DNA of 63,621 bases, the filler included, from Candidatus Woesearchaeota archaeon (GTDB lineage: Archaea; Nanobdellota; Nanobdellia; Woesearchaeales; B72-G16): NCBI GenBank assembly GCA_003650545.1. It is 15 parts of 15 records of this genome, joined end to end, with 100 filler letters (N's around TTAATTAATTAA, not from the genome) between each part and the next. Parts side by side here need not be neighbours in the genome. Positions count along the whole stretch, not along the records: positions 43,672 to 47,641 come from QMQO01000083.1; positions 47,742 to 51,700 come from QMQO01000084.1; positions 51,801 to 55,725 come from QMQO01000085.1; 12 more parts are not named here. One strand, 5' to 3'. A program made the translations under genes and the position numbers. Each line of letters starts with the position of its first letter. The first letter of the stretch is position 1. The notes under the pieces were generated by a model, which was not told the DNA's origin, searched no databases, and was given only the letters and a program-made list of their open reading frames with translations. Shown one piece after another: positions 43,727-52,873 of the stretch.

Positions 43727-44167
43727 TTACTCAACCCTTGTTGAGATAGTTCCTGTTATAGTATGAGAAATTCCTTCTCCTGAAGTGTAGCTTATTGTAA
43801 TATCTTCGTTAAATTTAGAGCCAGTTATATCACCACAGTTTGTAACAGTAAAGGTCTCTTTTTCAGTGTCAGTTAATGACCCGTCTCCTGCTGTCCAGCC
43901 ACCACATGCTCCTCCAACAGATACATTAATTGAATTTAGATCCTGCCCCATACCATTTTGTATAACTAATGTAACTGTATTTGCAGTGCCATCAACCTTA
44001 AAATCAATACAACTTAAACCGGGCTGGTTAAAGGTACAGCTTGAAGGAAGGTATTTCCCAGGATTCAATACTCCAAAGTATGCCAGAGCTGCTATTGCTA
44101 ACAAGACAACAAGAATTGCCCAGCCATAGGTCATTAAGAATTCCATTGCAGCTTGTGCTTTTTTCAT
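43727..44167 (-). CDS. archaeal type IV pilin (class III signal peptide)
   Basis: MKKAQ-AAMEFLMTYGWAILVV, typical of DPANN pilins; GAGGTGA SD. Confidence 0.88.
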   Translation of the reverse strand: MKKAQAAMEFLMTYGWAILVVLLAIAALAYFGVLNPGKYLPSSCTFNQPGLSCIDFKVDGTANTVTLVIQNGMGQDLNSINVSVGGACGGWTAGDGSLTDTEKETFTVTNCGDITGSKFNEDITISYTSGEGISHTITGTISTRVE

Positions 44168-44257
44168 TTTATCACCTCTATTCCTAGATTTTATAGTATA
44201 TTACTATACTTTTCTATATATTAATACTAACTTATATATAAAACTAACTATTTTCAG

Positions 44258-45244
44258 CTAAATAATACTTCCAAACAGCTTGCCAATAACTAATGAAAAG
44301 ATTAAGAACAACACAATAGTGGATATAATGAACATTGGAATATATTTTATTCCTGCCTTTATCTCTCCTTTTTTTATGGTTGCAATTATTATAGAGGAGA
44401 AATATGATGTTATGATAAGGCATGTAATGGCAAATACCCTAAAATCCTTAATAGACGTACCAGCTCCAGAGAAATTAATAGAAAAAGTTGTTATTCCTGA
44501 AGGCACGTCAAGCTTTAACATAAGGTTGCTTACTATAAAAAGCAGATGACTCGACAATGCAAACAATAATGGGGCTGCAACTATTGTTGCAAATGAAATA
44601 AATATCACATAAGTTGTGACATTGGCTGACAGCTCTTTCTTCATAATCTTTGATTCTTTTATATCAATTGCTATTTTATTAAGCAAATCACCTATTTCAC
44701 CCCCAGCAGCTATACCCTCAATAAGAAGGTTTATTGAACGTTTTAGCATGAGTGAGTCATATTTTTCTGCAAACCTTTTAAGAGCTCCCTCAAGGTCTTC
44801 ACCTCCCATGGTCTCTTTTGCAACCATCTCTATCTCATTGGCTAAAACCCCGAATTGCGGCCTTACAGCATACCATAAAGCACGGTCAATAGGCATGCCT
44901 GCCCTTATGTTTGCAGATGTTAATTGTAAAAAGTCTGCAAGAACCTCTTCTACTCCAACTCTCCTCTTAAATATCCTTAGGTCTATGATAAAATAAAATA
45001 ACAACCACAGCATTAGCAGGAGTGTAATAAATAAAACTACCCATACAAGAAACATAACAAAACCAACATATAAAACACCATATTTCAAATCAGTTGAGAA
45101 ACGATAAATAAGGTAAAATGAAATTATCAAATTCAAGAAAACACATAAGTTAAAAATTATTTTTGATATCTTGTGGGATTCTACAACAAAACCTGCTCTT
45201 TGTAAGTAATATCTTAATCTGTTCTTTCTGTGCTCCATCATCAA
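44258..45244 (-). CDS. type IV pilus/T2SS F-family membrane platform protein (TadC-like); probable true start at 45362 across a frameshift
   Basis: LADFLQLTSANIRAGMPIDRAL, FGVLANEI and GGEIGDLL; C-terminal TM helices. Confidence 0.85.
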   Translation of the reverse strand: MMMEHRKNRLRYYLQRAGFVVESHKISKIIFNLCVFLNLIISFYLIYRFSTDLKYGVLYVGFVMFLVWVVLFITLLLMLWLLFYFIIDLRIFKRRVGVEEVLADFLQLTSANIRAGMPIDRALWYAVRPQFGVLANEIEMVAKETMGGEDLEGALKRFAEKYDSLMLKRSINLLIEGIAAGGEIGDLLNKIAIDIKESKIMKKELSANVTTYVIFISFATIVAAPLLFALSSHLLFIVSNLMLKLDVPSGITTFSINFSGAGTSIKDFRVFAITCLIITSYFSSIIIATIKKGEIKAGIKYIPMFIISTIVLFLIFSLVIGKLFGSII

Positions 45245-45358
45245 CTTCTTTTTTTTCTGTTTTTGAAGCTTACGGTATAATTTAATCTTATCCTGAATAG
45301 TTTTTTCTCCTTTTTTTTCTTTTGTTTTTTTTTGATGATTTAAACAGCTCTTTTATCT

Positions 45359-46177
45359 TCATATTTCCACCGCAGGTCTTGAGGATTTTATAATTGAGAA
45401 AAACATATATTGTATAAATCCAAGAGATAATGCTATTGCTAGCAAAGCAGCCAGATCAAGCTTTACTGAGATAAATGTTGTAAGTACAATGAGCATTGTT
45501 ATGCCCAATGAAGGAACTATAATTGCAACCATCATATAGAACATTGCCAAGGGGTTTAGTTTTCTTCCATATTCCTTTACATCAATAATTTGCTCACGAA
45601 CAATTTGGTCAAGTATGTTTGAAAGCGAGCTTGAGATATCTGCCCCTGTCCTAAGAGAGTTAAGTATCTGCCATAGCACCTTAGTTAAATCTGAGGAGGG
45701 TGTTGTTTTTATTGTTTCATTTATTGCATCCTCCATTGTTGTTCCCATAGATACCTTATCTATTATTTCCTTAAAGTATTCTCCAATTACTTCATAATTT
45801 TTTGAGACATTAACCATTGCATCATACAGAGAAACTCCTGATTCAAGCTCTATTATCATAAAGCGACCAGCAAAAACAATCTCTCTGCTTATCTCTCTTC
45901 CCTTTCTTAATATCTTAACATCAGGCACCTTAAGCATGTAGAAAAACATAATAAAGAACATAAACAGAGGGAAAGCAAAATAGATTATGCTTGATAATAT
46001 CTCCAGTTGGGTAAATACTGTTACAACCAAGGCAGTTATTCCCGTTGTAAGGTAGAACGCAGACAAGATTGTCTTCTTGACAAATTCTTCAGGTGTATCA
46101 AAAATGCCTGCTTGTTTTAACTTTGTGCTTAGTCCAGGAAGAGTCCTTGCAATCCTTTTGATTAATACATTACTAAT
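45359..46177 (-). CDS. type IV pilus/T2SS F-family membrane platform protein (TadB-like)
   Basis: IELESGVSLYDAM, SLRTGAD and EYGRKLNPLAMFYM. The frame extends upstream of the track start (46066) through KLKQAGI...PEEFVKK. Confidence 0.8.
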   Translation of the reverse strand: MSNVLIKRIARTLPGLSTKLKQAGIFDTPEEFVKKTILSAFYLTTGITALVVTVFTQLEILSSIIYFAFPLFMFFIMFFYMLKVPDVKILRKGREISREIVFAGRFMIIELESGVSLYDAMVNVSKNYEVIGEYFKEIIDKVSMGTTMEDAINETIKTTPSSDLTKVLWQILNSLRTGADISSSLSNILDQIVREQIIDVKEYGRKLNPLAMFYMMVAIIVPSLGITMLIVLTTFISVKLDLAALLAIALSLGFIQYMFFSIIKSSRPAVEI

Positions 46178-46183
46178 ATAAAA

Positions 46184-47641
46184 TCACCTTGATTTCTTTT
46201 TTGACCTGACAGTTTTCATGAATTCGTCCTTATTTGTATAGTATTCAGCCATAACCCCACCAACATCATCAACTGTATTTATGTTATGTTTAACCATATA
46301 TTTCAGAACAAGCTCCTTTTCCTTGAGATCTTTGTTTATCTCATTCCTTGTCATACCAGTGAACATCTGTAGGGTCTTCATAATAGATGAAGATTCATGC
46401 GCCTTTTCTAATTTATCCTTTTTTATATTAAGCTGGATAAGTACATTTGTGCTTGTGTCAGGAAGTATTTCTGATATCTGAAAGGTCTTTCTTGTTCCTG
46501 TTCTTCTGTTTCTGTATTGTACAAGAATCATTGAAATAGCTGGGAGCATTGTTCTTGGAATATCAATAGGAGGATTTGTTAATCTTGTAATTGTTTCATC
46601 TGTGTCATTTGCATGCACTGTTGCATAGACTGAGTGGCCTGTGTGAATTGCCTCAAACAAAACTTCTGCCTCTTTCTTTCTTCTTATTTCTCCAACAACA
46701 ATCCTGTCAGGCCTCATTCTTAAAGAATTAACCAATAAGTCAAGCATTGTTATAGCACCCCTGCCTTCTGGATTAGGTAATTTTGTTATCATGGGAATCC
46801 AATGTAAAAATTTAGGCAGTTTTATCTCATGAGTGTCCTCAATTGAGATTATTCTCTGGTTTGGAGGGAAGAAATTTGAGACAACATTGAGCATAGAGGT
46901 TTTTCCTGTTGCAGTTCCACCAGAGATTATTATAGATAGCTCATATTGAACACCAAGCCAGATAAAGGCTGCTGCCTCAGCAGAGATTGTCTTGTTTTTT
47001 ATAAAATCTGTAATTGTCCATGGCTTTGCTGCAAACTTTCTTATGGTTATTGTGTTTCCTTTTAGTGAAGTTGGCAAGAGTGTTGCATTTACCCTATCGC
47101 CAGTACTGAGGTTAGCATCCATTAATGGCTCAAGAACAGTTATCTGCCTTCCTACCTTCTTGCCTATTAAAGATGCATAGTGCTTTATCTGCTCCTCACT
47201 ATCAACCCCAATGTTTGTCTTAAGCCAGCCATGCTTTCTGTGATAAACCCAGACAGGCTCCTCTGCGTTATTAATAGCTATCTCCTCAAGATTAATATCA
47301 TTCATCAGGATTTCTATGTTACCCATGCCGAGGCTTTTTTGGATTAAATATGACTTAAGAAAATTCATTGTTTTCTTATTAACATCAGGGAAATGCTTTT
47401 TTACTAACAGGTCAATTGTTTCTTTAAACCTTTGTTCAATCAAATCACTCTTCTTTACATCTATTATATCAATTATGCCAAGGTTTACCTCTGTGATAAG
47501 CTCCTGCCTTATCTTCTCAAGTATTATCTCTGTATTTTTGCTTATGCTTGATATAGAGACATCATATATTGGAACAAACTCTTTTTTTTCTGTGTAAATC
47601 CTTATCTTTATAGGAATTTCATTAGAAATAAAGTTATATTC
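46184..47641 (-). CDS. type IV pilus assembly ATPase (CpaF/VirB11 family), 5' truncated
   Basis: GGTATGKT, SIEDTHE, LRMRPDRIVVGEIR and TGHSVYATVHA. Confidence 0.92.
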   Translation of the reverse strand, partial: EYNFISNEIPIKIRIYTEKKEFVPIYDVSISSISKNTEIILEKIRQELITEVNLGIIDIIDVKKSDLIEQRFKETIDLLVKKHFPDVNKKTMNFLKSYLIQKSLGMGNIEILMNDINLEEIAINNAEEPVWVYHRKHGWLKTNIGVDSEEQIKHYASLIGKKVGRQITVLEPLMDANLSTGDRVNATLLPTSLKGNTITIRKFAAKPWTITDFIKNKTISAEAAAFIWLGVQYELSIIISGGTATGKTSMLNVVSNFFPPNQRIISIEDTHEIKLPKFLHWIPMITKLPNPEGRGAITMLDLLVNSLRMRPDRIVVGEIRRKKEAEVLFEAIHTGHSVYATVHANDTDETITRLTNPPIDIPRTMLPAISMILVQYRNRRTGTRKTFQISEILPDTSTNVLIQLNIKKDKLEKAHESSSIMKTLQMFTGMTRNEINKDLKEKELVLKYMVKHNINTVDDVGGVMAEYYTNKDEFMKTVRSKKKSR

Positions 47642-47746
47642 NNNNNNNNNNNNNNNNNNNNNNNNNNNNNNNNNNNNNNNNNNNNTTAATTAATTAANNN
47701 NNNNNNNNNNNNNNNNNNNNNNNNNNNNNNNNNNNNNNNNNCGCTC

Positions 47747-47828
47747 ATTTGTCTTATTTGTCTTAAAATACCACATTCGCATATATAAGCGTTTCGCTTA
47801 TGATAAAACTTATAAACGAAATAAGACA
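47747..47828. promoter_or_regulatory. putative operator/promoter region upstream of the RHH gene
   Basis: Tandem ATTTGTCTT at 47747 and 47756; TGTCTTATTT (47750) inverted as AAATAAGACA (47819); ATAAGCG-ttt-CGCTTAT palindrome at 47785-47801. Confidence 0.4.
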
Positions 47829-47852
47829 TATGCTTTGGCAGGGCGAGAGTCT

Positions 47853-48014
47853 GTGGATAGAAAAACGTGGTCCACGCGGCTAGACAGAGAAACTGAGAAA
47901 AAAGTCAGAGATCTAATAGAGAAGACTGGCTTGAAGGAAGCTGAAGTCCTTCGGAGACTAATAATCATAGGACTGAAAAACGTGAAGGAACCTGCCGATC
48001 TTCTTGTAATTTAA
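47853..48014 (+). CDS. ribbon-helix-helix (CopG-like) DNA-binding protein, 53 aa
   Basis: Manual translation: (M)DRKTWSTRLDRETEKKVRDLIEKTGLKEAEVLRRLIIIGLKNVKEPADLLVI*. Not in the ORF track. Confidence 0.65.
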   Translation: MDRKTWSTRLDRETEKKVRDLIEKTGLKEAEVLRRLIIIGLKNVKEPADLLVI

Positions 48015-48207
48015 GTCTTCGCACTCTACTGTTTATTTAACCTTAAGTTTTATCAATCTAGTTCTTAAAGGCTTGGAGGATATGAGAATCTTTTGGGTTT
48101 CATCTAAACTCGACACCTCACCTCTAAAAACCTTGCCAAGAATCAAAGATAACGCAAAACATCAGTAAAAACACATATATTTAACAAATCAATATCTTTG
48201 AAGAGAG

Positions 48208-49380
48208 ATGAAGAAGGCTTTTGTAAGTCCTTGGCATAAATTTCTGGATGATGCACACCTGTTTTCACCTCAGAGAATATATGATGCCTCATGGCTTCTT
48301 CTAGCTTATACTTTTTTGGGACGCAAAGCTGAAAGATTATGCAGAGAAATCTACAATATCCTACTCCATTTAGACTCTATGAAGCGTGACGATCTAGTAG
48401 ATTTTCTCTTTGATTATAGACGAGCCGTTGGAGTTGCTTTAGGAGCTTTTATCCTTAGAAAGAAAATAAAGTCCTTTAAGGAATTACTACCTAAAATATC
48501 CCAAATCCTTTTTGAGTCGAGTAGGGATAGTGAGATAGGCGAACTAGTAGGTGCATCTTTTCTTTTCGTGAAATATCTTTCAAAAGACGAGGAATTGAAG
48601 AAGAAGCTGGAAAGTCTCATGAAGGAGATCATAGAGAAGTCTTTTGAGCGGAAGCGTTTTGAACAATATTACCGAGACATACTCTATATCGCGTTTTTCT
48701 CTGCACTTGCCGATCAAAATTTGTATATCGAGATATTGGATAGGTTGCGAAGGAACGAGCAGCTAATTGAGTATATTGAGAACGACTTGGAAGCTATGGC
48801 CCTACTACTTTTCACAGTATCTAGACTGTCGATGAAAAGGAATGGTGTTGATACAGCATTGAAAGAGTGGGCCAGAGAAAAAAGGGATGAATGGGCTCCT
48901 GAGCTTCATAACTTAGCTAACGAAATCGGGATTTATCATTGGATACAGCGAAACATCATTTTTCAGGGTCTATTTGCTTCCTACACTGAGGAAAGCAGTC
49001 AGGATATAGAATCTCCATACTTGAACATATGCTCGAAAGTTACGTTGGCGTTGGTTGAAGCAGGATATGAGAGACCATTCACTCTTTCAAAATATGAGTA
49101 TGATGTTTATCTTCAGATTAAAGGTGAAATAAAGAGATATAGGCGGGTGCGAAAAATTGAACTTGTCTTTCTCTTTCTCTGCACGGAATTAAGCGTATTT
49201 TTACTTTATCGCTTTTTCTTACCAACGATTATACCAATAATGTTTAATCTTAAAGCTTGCATACTCGCACTGACAATTGTAGGCATTCTATTATATTCTG
49301 TATGGAAATATGGTCAAGTACCTATCCATGTACTGAAGGACATACTTAACCATATAAAAAATCGTCTCTTAGGGTCTTGA
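48208..49380 (+). CDS. Argonaute-associated membrane protein (candidate effector)
   Basis: Helical soluble region plus a C-terminal hydrophobic segment of about two TM helices; ends 28 nt before the pAgo ORF. Confidence 0.65.
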   Translation: MKKAFVSPWHKFLDDAHLFSPQRIYDASWLLLAYTFLGRKAERLCREIYNILLHLDSMKRDDLVDFLFDYRRAVGVALGAFILRKKIKSFKELLPKISQILFESSRDSEIGELVGASFLFVKYLSKDEELKKKLESLMKEIIEKSFERKRFEQYYRDILYIAFFSALADQNLYIEILDRLRRNEQLIEYIENDLEAMALLLFTVSRLSMKRNGVDTALKEWAREKRDEWAPELHNLANEIGIYHWIQRNIIFQGLFASYTEESSQDIESPYLNICSKVTLALVEAGYERPFTLSKYEYDVYLQIKGEIKRYRRVRKIELVFLFLCTELSVFLLYRFFLPTIIPIMFNLKACILALTIVGILLYSVWKYGQVPIHVLKDILNHIKNRLLGS

Positions 49381-49408
49381 GGGGGCGATTAAAATCTCAC
49401 GTAATAGC

Positions 49409-51412
49409 TTGTTTATAAATGCATTTTCAAGTGAAGAGAACATCTCCGATCTTAAGGTAGCAAAGGTTGCCGTAGCGGTAAGAGACATGAAAAGACTATC
49501 TCAATATGAGAGAATGTTATCTCTCTCAGGAGTTGCTAACTGCGTGTTTTACGGTGACTATCTATATGTAAAGGGCGATGTCGATAAGGCAATCGATATC
49601 TTAACTCGGGGAGGAGCAATAATGAGTAAAACGCTTTTGAGGGACGAATCTTTACTTTCTCAAGTTGAACCGAAAGTAACTAGAATGCTGATTTACTCAG
49701 CTTTGGAGAACAACGTTTTTCAAGAGAGAAATTGGATAGCGCCTTTAAGAAAGACAAAACGCGCTATTCCCAAGGCGGATGTAGCATCGGATAATCTGAT
49801 GGTGGAATTAAAAGACGAGATCATCGTGCTTTTTGGATTGAAGTATATGATTGAATTTAGGTCAACAGGGCAACCGTTGCTTTGGCTGGACATGTATGCT
49901 CCAGTATGGTCTCGTAGTGAAGCCCGAAGATTAAGCCGGAAAGAGTTAACTGAAGAATTAAAAGCTCTTTATGTGAAAAAGGCAATGCTTCCTCCACATA
50001 AAAGACACGAAAAGATAAAATCCATATTGGATGAGCTTTTTGAAGGAGATGTAATTAAAGTAACCTTCTGCGATGGGGAGACTCTGAATTTCTCTAAAGA
50101 ACACGTTCACATTTTTGAGCTGGAAGAACCTGCAAGCCCAACAGAGAGTTTCTCCTTTATGAAATTAGGCGAACCCGCAGTAAGATTCAGATATGGCGGG
50201 TCATACGAACCAAGACGAATACTCCGTCTGAAGCCTTATAGTTACTATGTTATCAAGGAGATACCTGTTAAGGCGATTGTTGGTGCGTCTGAGAAAGAAG
50301 ATTTCATAACTTTCTTTAGATATTTAAATAATGGATATTCTGGGGACTATATGAGGTGGCCAGGTTTTTATCAGGTAATGGGAGCTCATCTTATTTTGGA
50401 CGAAGATGTAAAAGAAATTGGAGGCGACAATCTTTCAGAATACGAAGATGCACTGTTGGAAATGTTCAACGAAGCAGAAGAAAACTCGGTTATATTTGTA
50501 ATTGTTCCCGAAAACTTCCGGTTTTACAGAAAGATTAAAGCCTTATCACTTCAACGGAAAAGGCGTATACAAATTCTAAAGACTTCTACCTTGAGGAAAG
50601 AGCCCCTTGAGTTCACACTAATAAATGTTGCAAACGCCGTCTACGCAAAGGCGGAAGGAACCCCTTGGCTACTTGAGAACCCTCTCTCTGCGACAAAAGG
50701 GTTATTTGTTGGAATATCATTCCACCTAGACCATAAAAGTAAAGACATCTATTATGGAGCGGCAGAGGTTTTTGACAATCGCGGCTATTTCTTGAAGTGT
50801 TTGGTGCGAACTTATAGATTACCAAAGCCTGCAAAGAAAGTGAGGGGTCTGTACATTCCTGAAAAGGAAATGGAAGATCTAGTGATGCACCTCATCAAGG
50901 AGTATAGGCCCCGAATGCTTATAATACATAAAAGTGCGAAAATACATGAAGACGAGAAAAGAGCATTAGAAAATATTAGGGTAAAAAATGGAATTGATTA
51001 TTGTTTAGTTCATATTGAAAACTCGAACCCCTATAGAATTTACGTGCCGAGAGATCAGCCGAATTACATGCCGCTTAGAGGCACAATAATCTTTGATAAA
51101 GAAAAAAGAAACAGAACAATCATGCTAACCACAGGCCAAGCGATTGGCGACAGAGGAGATATTAAAACGATAACAAAAATTGGCTCTCCAAAACCACTCG
51201 AAATAAACATTGAGGAAAATAAGACGCCCCATAATGTTAGAGAAATTTCTGAACAGATACTTGCACTTACCAAGCTAGACTGGAACACCACTAACATCGC
51301 GGTTAGAACACCTATCACAATAAAATACTCAAATAAAGCTGCAAGACTAGCCCCATACCTTATGGGTGGAGAAAAATTGTTAAGTATAAACGACATCAGA
51401 GACCTGTTGTGA
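49409..51412 (+). CDS. ago: prokaryotic Argonaute, catalytically inactive
   Basis: N-terminal FINAF; MID YRKIK...IQ...VYAKAEGTPW; PIWI LFVGISFH, IIHKS, PLRGT, PKPLEI, QILALTKLDWN and PITIKYSNK. Confidence 0.9.
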   Translation: MFINAFSSEENISDLKVAKVAVAVRDMKRLSQYERMLSLSGVANCVFYGDYLYVKGDVDKAIDILTRGGAIMSKTLLRDESLLSQVEPKVTRMLIYSALENNVFQERNWIAPLRKTKRAIPKADVASDNLMVELKDEIIVLFGLKYMIEFRSTGQPLLWLDMYAPVWSRSEARRLSRKELTEELKALYVKKAMLPPHKRHEKIKSILDELFEGDVIKVTFCDGETLNFSKEHVHIFELEEPASPTESFSFMKLGEPAVRFRYGGSYEPRRILRLKPYSYYVIKEIPVKAIVGASEKEDFITFFRYLNNGYSGDYMRWPGFYQVMGAHLILDEDVKEIGGDNLSEYEDALLEMFNEAEENSVIFVIVPENFRFYRKIKALSLQRKRRIQILKTSTLRKEPLEFTLINVANAVYAKAEGTPWLLENPLSATKGLFVGISFHLDHKSKDIYYGAAEVFDNRGYFLKCLVRTYRLPKPAKKVRGLYIPEKEMEDLVMHLIKEYRPRMLIIHKSAKIHEDEKRALENIRVKNGIDYCLVHIENSNPYRIYVPRDQPNYMPLRGTIIFDKEKRNRTIMLTTGQAIGDRGDIKTITKIGSPKPLEINIEENKTPHNVREISEQILALTKLDWNTTNIAVRTPITIKYSNKAARLAPYLMGGEKLLSINDIRDLL

Positions 51413-52091
51413 CACCTCTATCTGTTCCTTAAAAGCATAATTCTCCCTTTAGAGGCGGCATAAAGTAAGCAGCCCCTTTTAAACTCAAGTCTATTATTCT
51501 CTTGTTGTTGCAATATTTCTCTAAGCTTATTTCTCCCAAATTTCCCTTTTTAGTTATCGACTTCGTGAAATGTAGAGTAATGTAGAGGAGTTTCGGCGGA
51601 TGAGGTGGCTAAAGTTTGCACATCAATCAGCCTTATTGGAAAGCGTAACAACTAATCCTTTTCCAACTGCTTCAGCAATTTATCTTTTTTATAATCATAA
51701 NNNNNNNNNNNNNNNNNNNNNNNNNNNNNNNNNNNNNNNNNNNNTTAATTAATTAANNNNNNNNNNNNNNNNNNNNNNNNNNNNNNNNNNNNNNNNNNNN
51801 CCAACGGACATCGAGAATCAAGAAAATCGAAAGAGAGAAGAGACTCCTTGATTGGAAATAGAACCTTCTAACAAATCTTACACTATTCCAAGCACATTAG
51901 AGATAATGCGGGGGGTGGGATTTCCACCAAAATTTACCGGTAACTCTCCACCAGAAGCACCACCCCTAAATAGGTCTTTCAAGCTGGCCTCTTAGCTGAT
52001 TAGATTATTTTTCGTTTTTCGCTTGTTGGTTTAACTTCTCTGTGCCAGTCAGCATGTAAAAATTAAATTCAATAAGGATTAATGTAGTACA

Positions 52092-52763
52092 GTGACCGTA
52101 GCTATGGTGACCCCCAGCGAATATAGTGATTCTGGTGATTTACTCAATACTCAAGAACAAATATTACCTTCTAGAACAAGTTTAAAACAATGGTTAGGAT
52201 ATAGAGAAATCGCAGTTTATGCCAGCCCTAGGCAGCTTCTTAGCATAATAGTCGGAACATTAGAAAGTCTTGGTTATGTATGTAAACCATCTGAAGGATA
52301 TCTCGAAGATAGAGCTGCCTTTGACGTCCATTGGGTAAAAGGAGGCGTTCTAGGCGAGAAGACGATACCTCATACGTCAGTAGAGGAGCCTGTTATCAAA
52401 TCGAAAAAGGGTAAACTTTACGCGGTAGCCATTTGGCTCTTTCTTTCATTAGTTTCTGCTATTATAAATGTCTGGATAGGATTTGTTTTATTTCTGATAC
52501 TTGGTTTGCTGATATACTATTTGACGCGTTCGAGGGAAGAAAGTTTAGAGGAGAAACTAACGATTTGTGTTTTGATAGAAGGTGAAGCTAGACGCGTTGA
52601 AGTAAAAAGGAAGGTAGCTGGGAGGGAAGTTACTGAGCATGGAGTGATGGGTGATATGGTTGTATCTGTAGCTGGAAATTCCTTATACGGAACTGCTGTC
52701 AATACGTTGAAGCTGGATTTAGCCGAGGTCTACCAAGTAGCAGAAAAAATTGGAGCTGTTTAA
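52092..52763 (+). CDS. hypothetical membrane protein
   Basis: 223 aa with a central two-TM hairpin. Confidence 0.6.
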   Translation: MTVAMVTPSEYSDSGDLLNTQEQILPSRTSLKQWLGYREIAVYASPRQLLSIIVGTLESLGYVCKPSEGYLEDRAAFDVHWVKGGVLGEKTIPHTSVEEPVIKSKKGKLYAVAIWLFLSLVSAIINVWIGFVLFLILGLLIYYLTRSREESLEEKLTICVLIEGEARRVEVKRKVAGREVTEHGVMGDMVVSVAGNSLYGTAVNTLKLDLAEVYQVAEKIGAV

Positions 52764-52873
52764 ATCAACAGATATAATGAAAAAGAGAGACAGAGATATG
52801 ATTCATAGATGAGGGCACTGAAGGTTTAGTGATCGGATTTTCCATAGAAATCCTTACTCCCCTACGTGAATTG

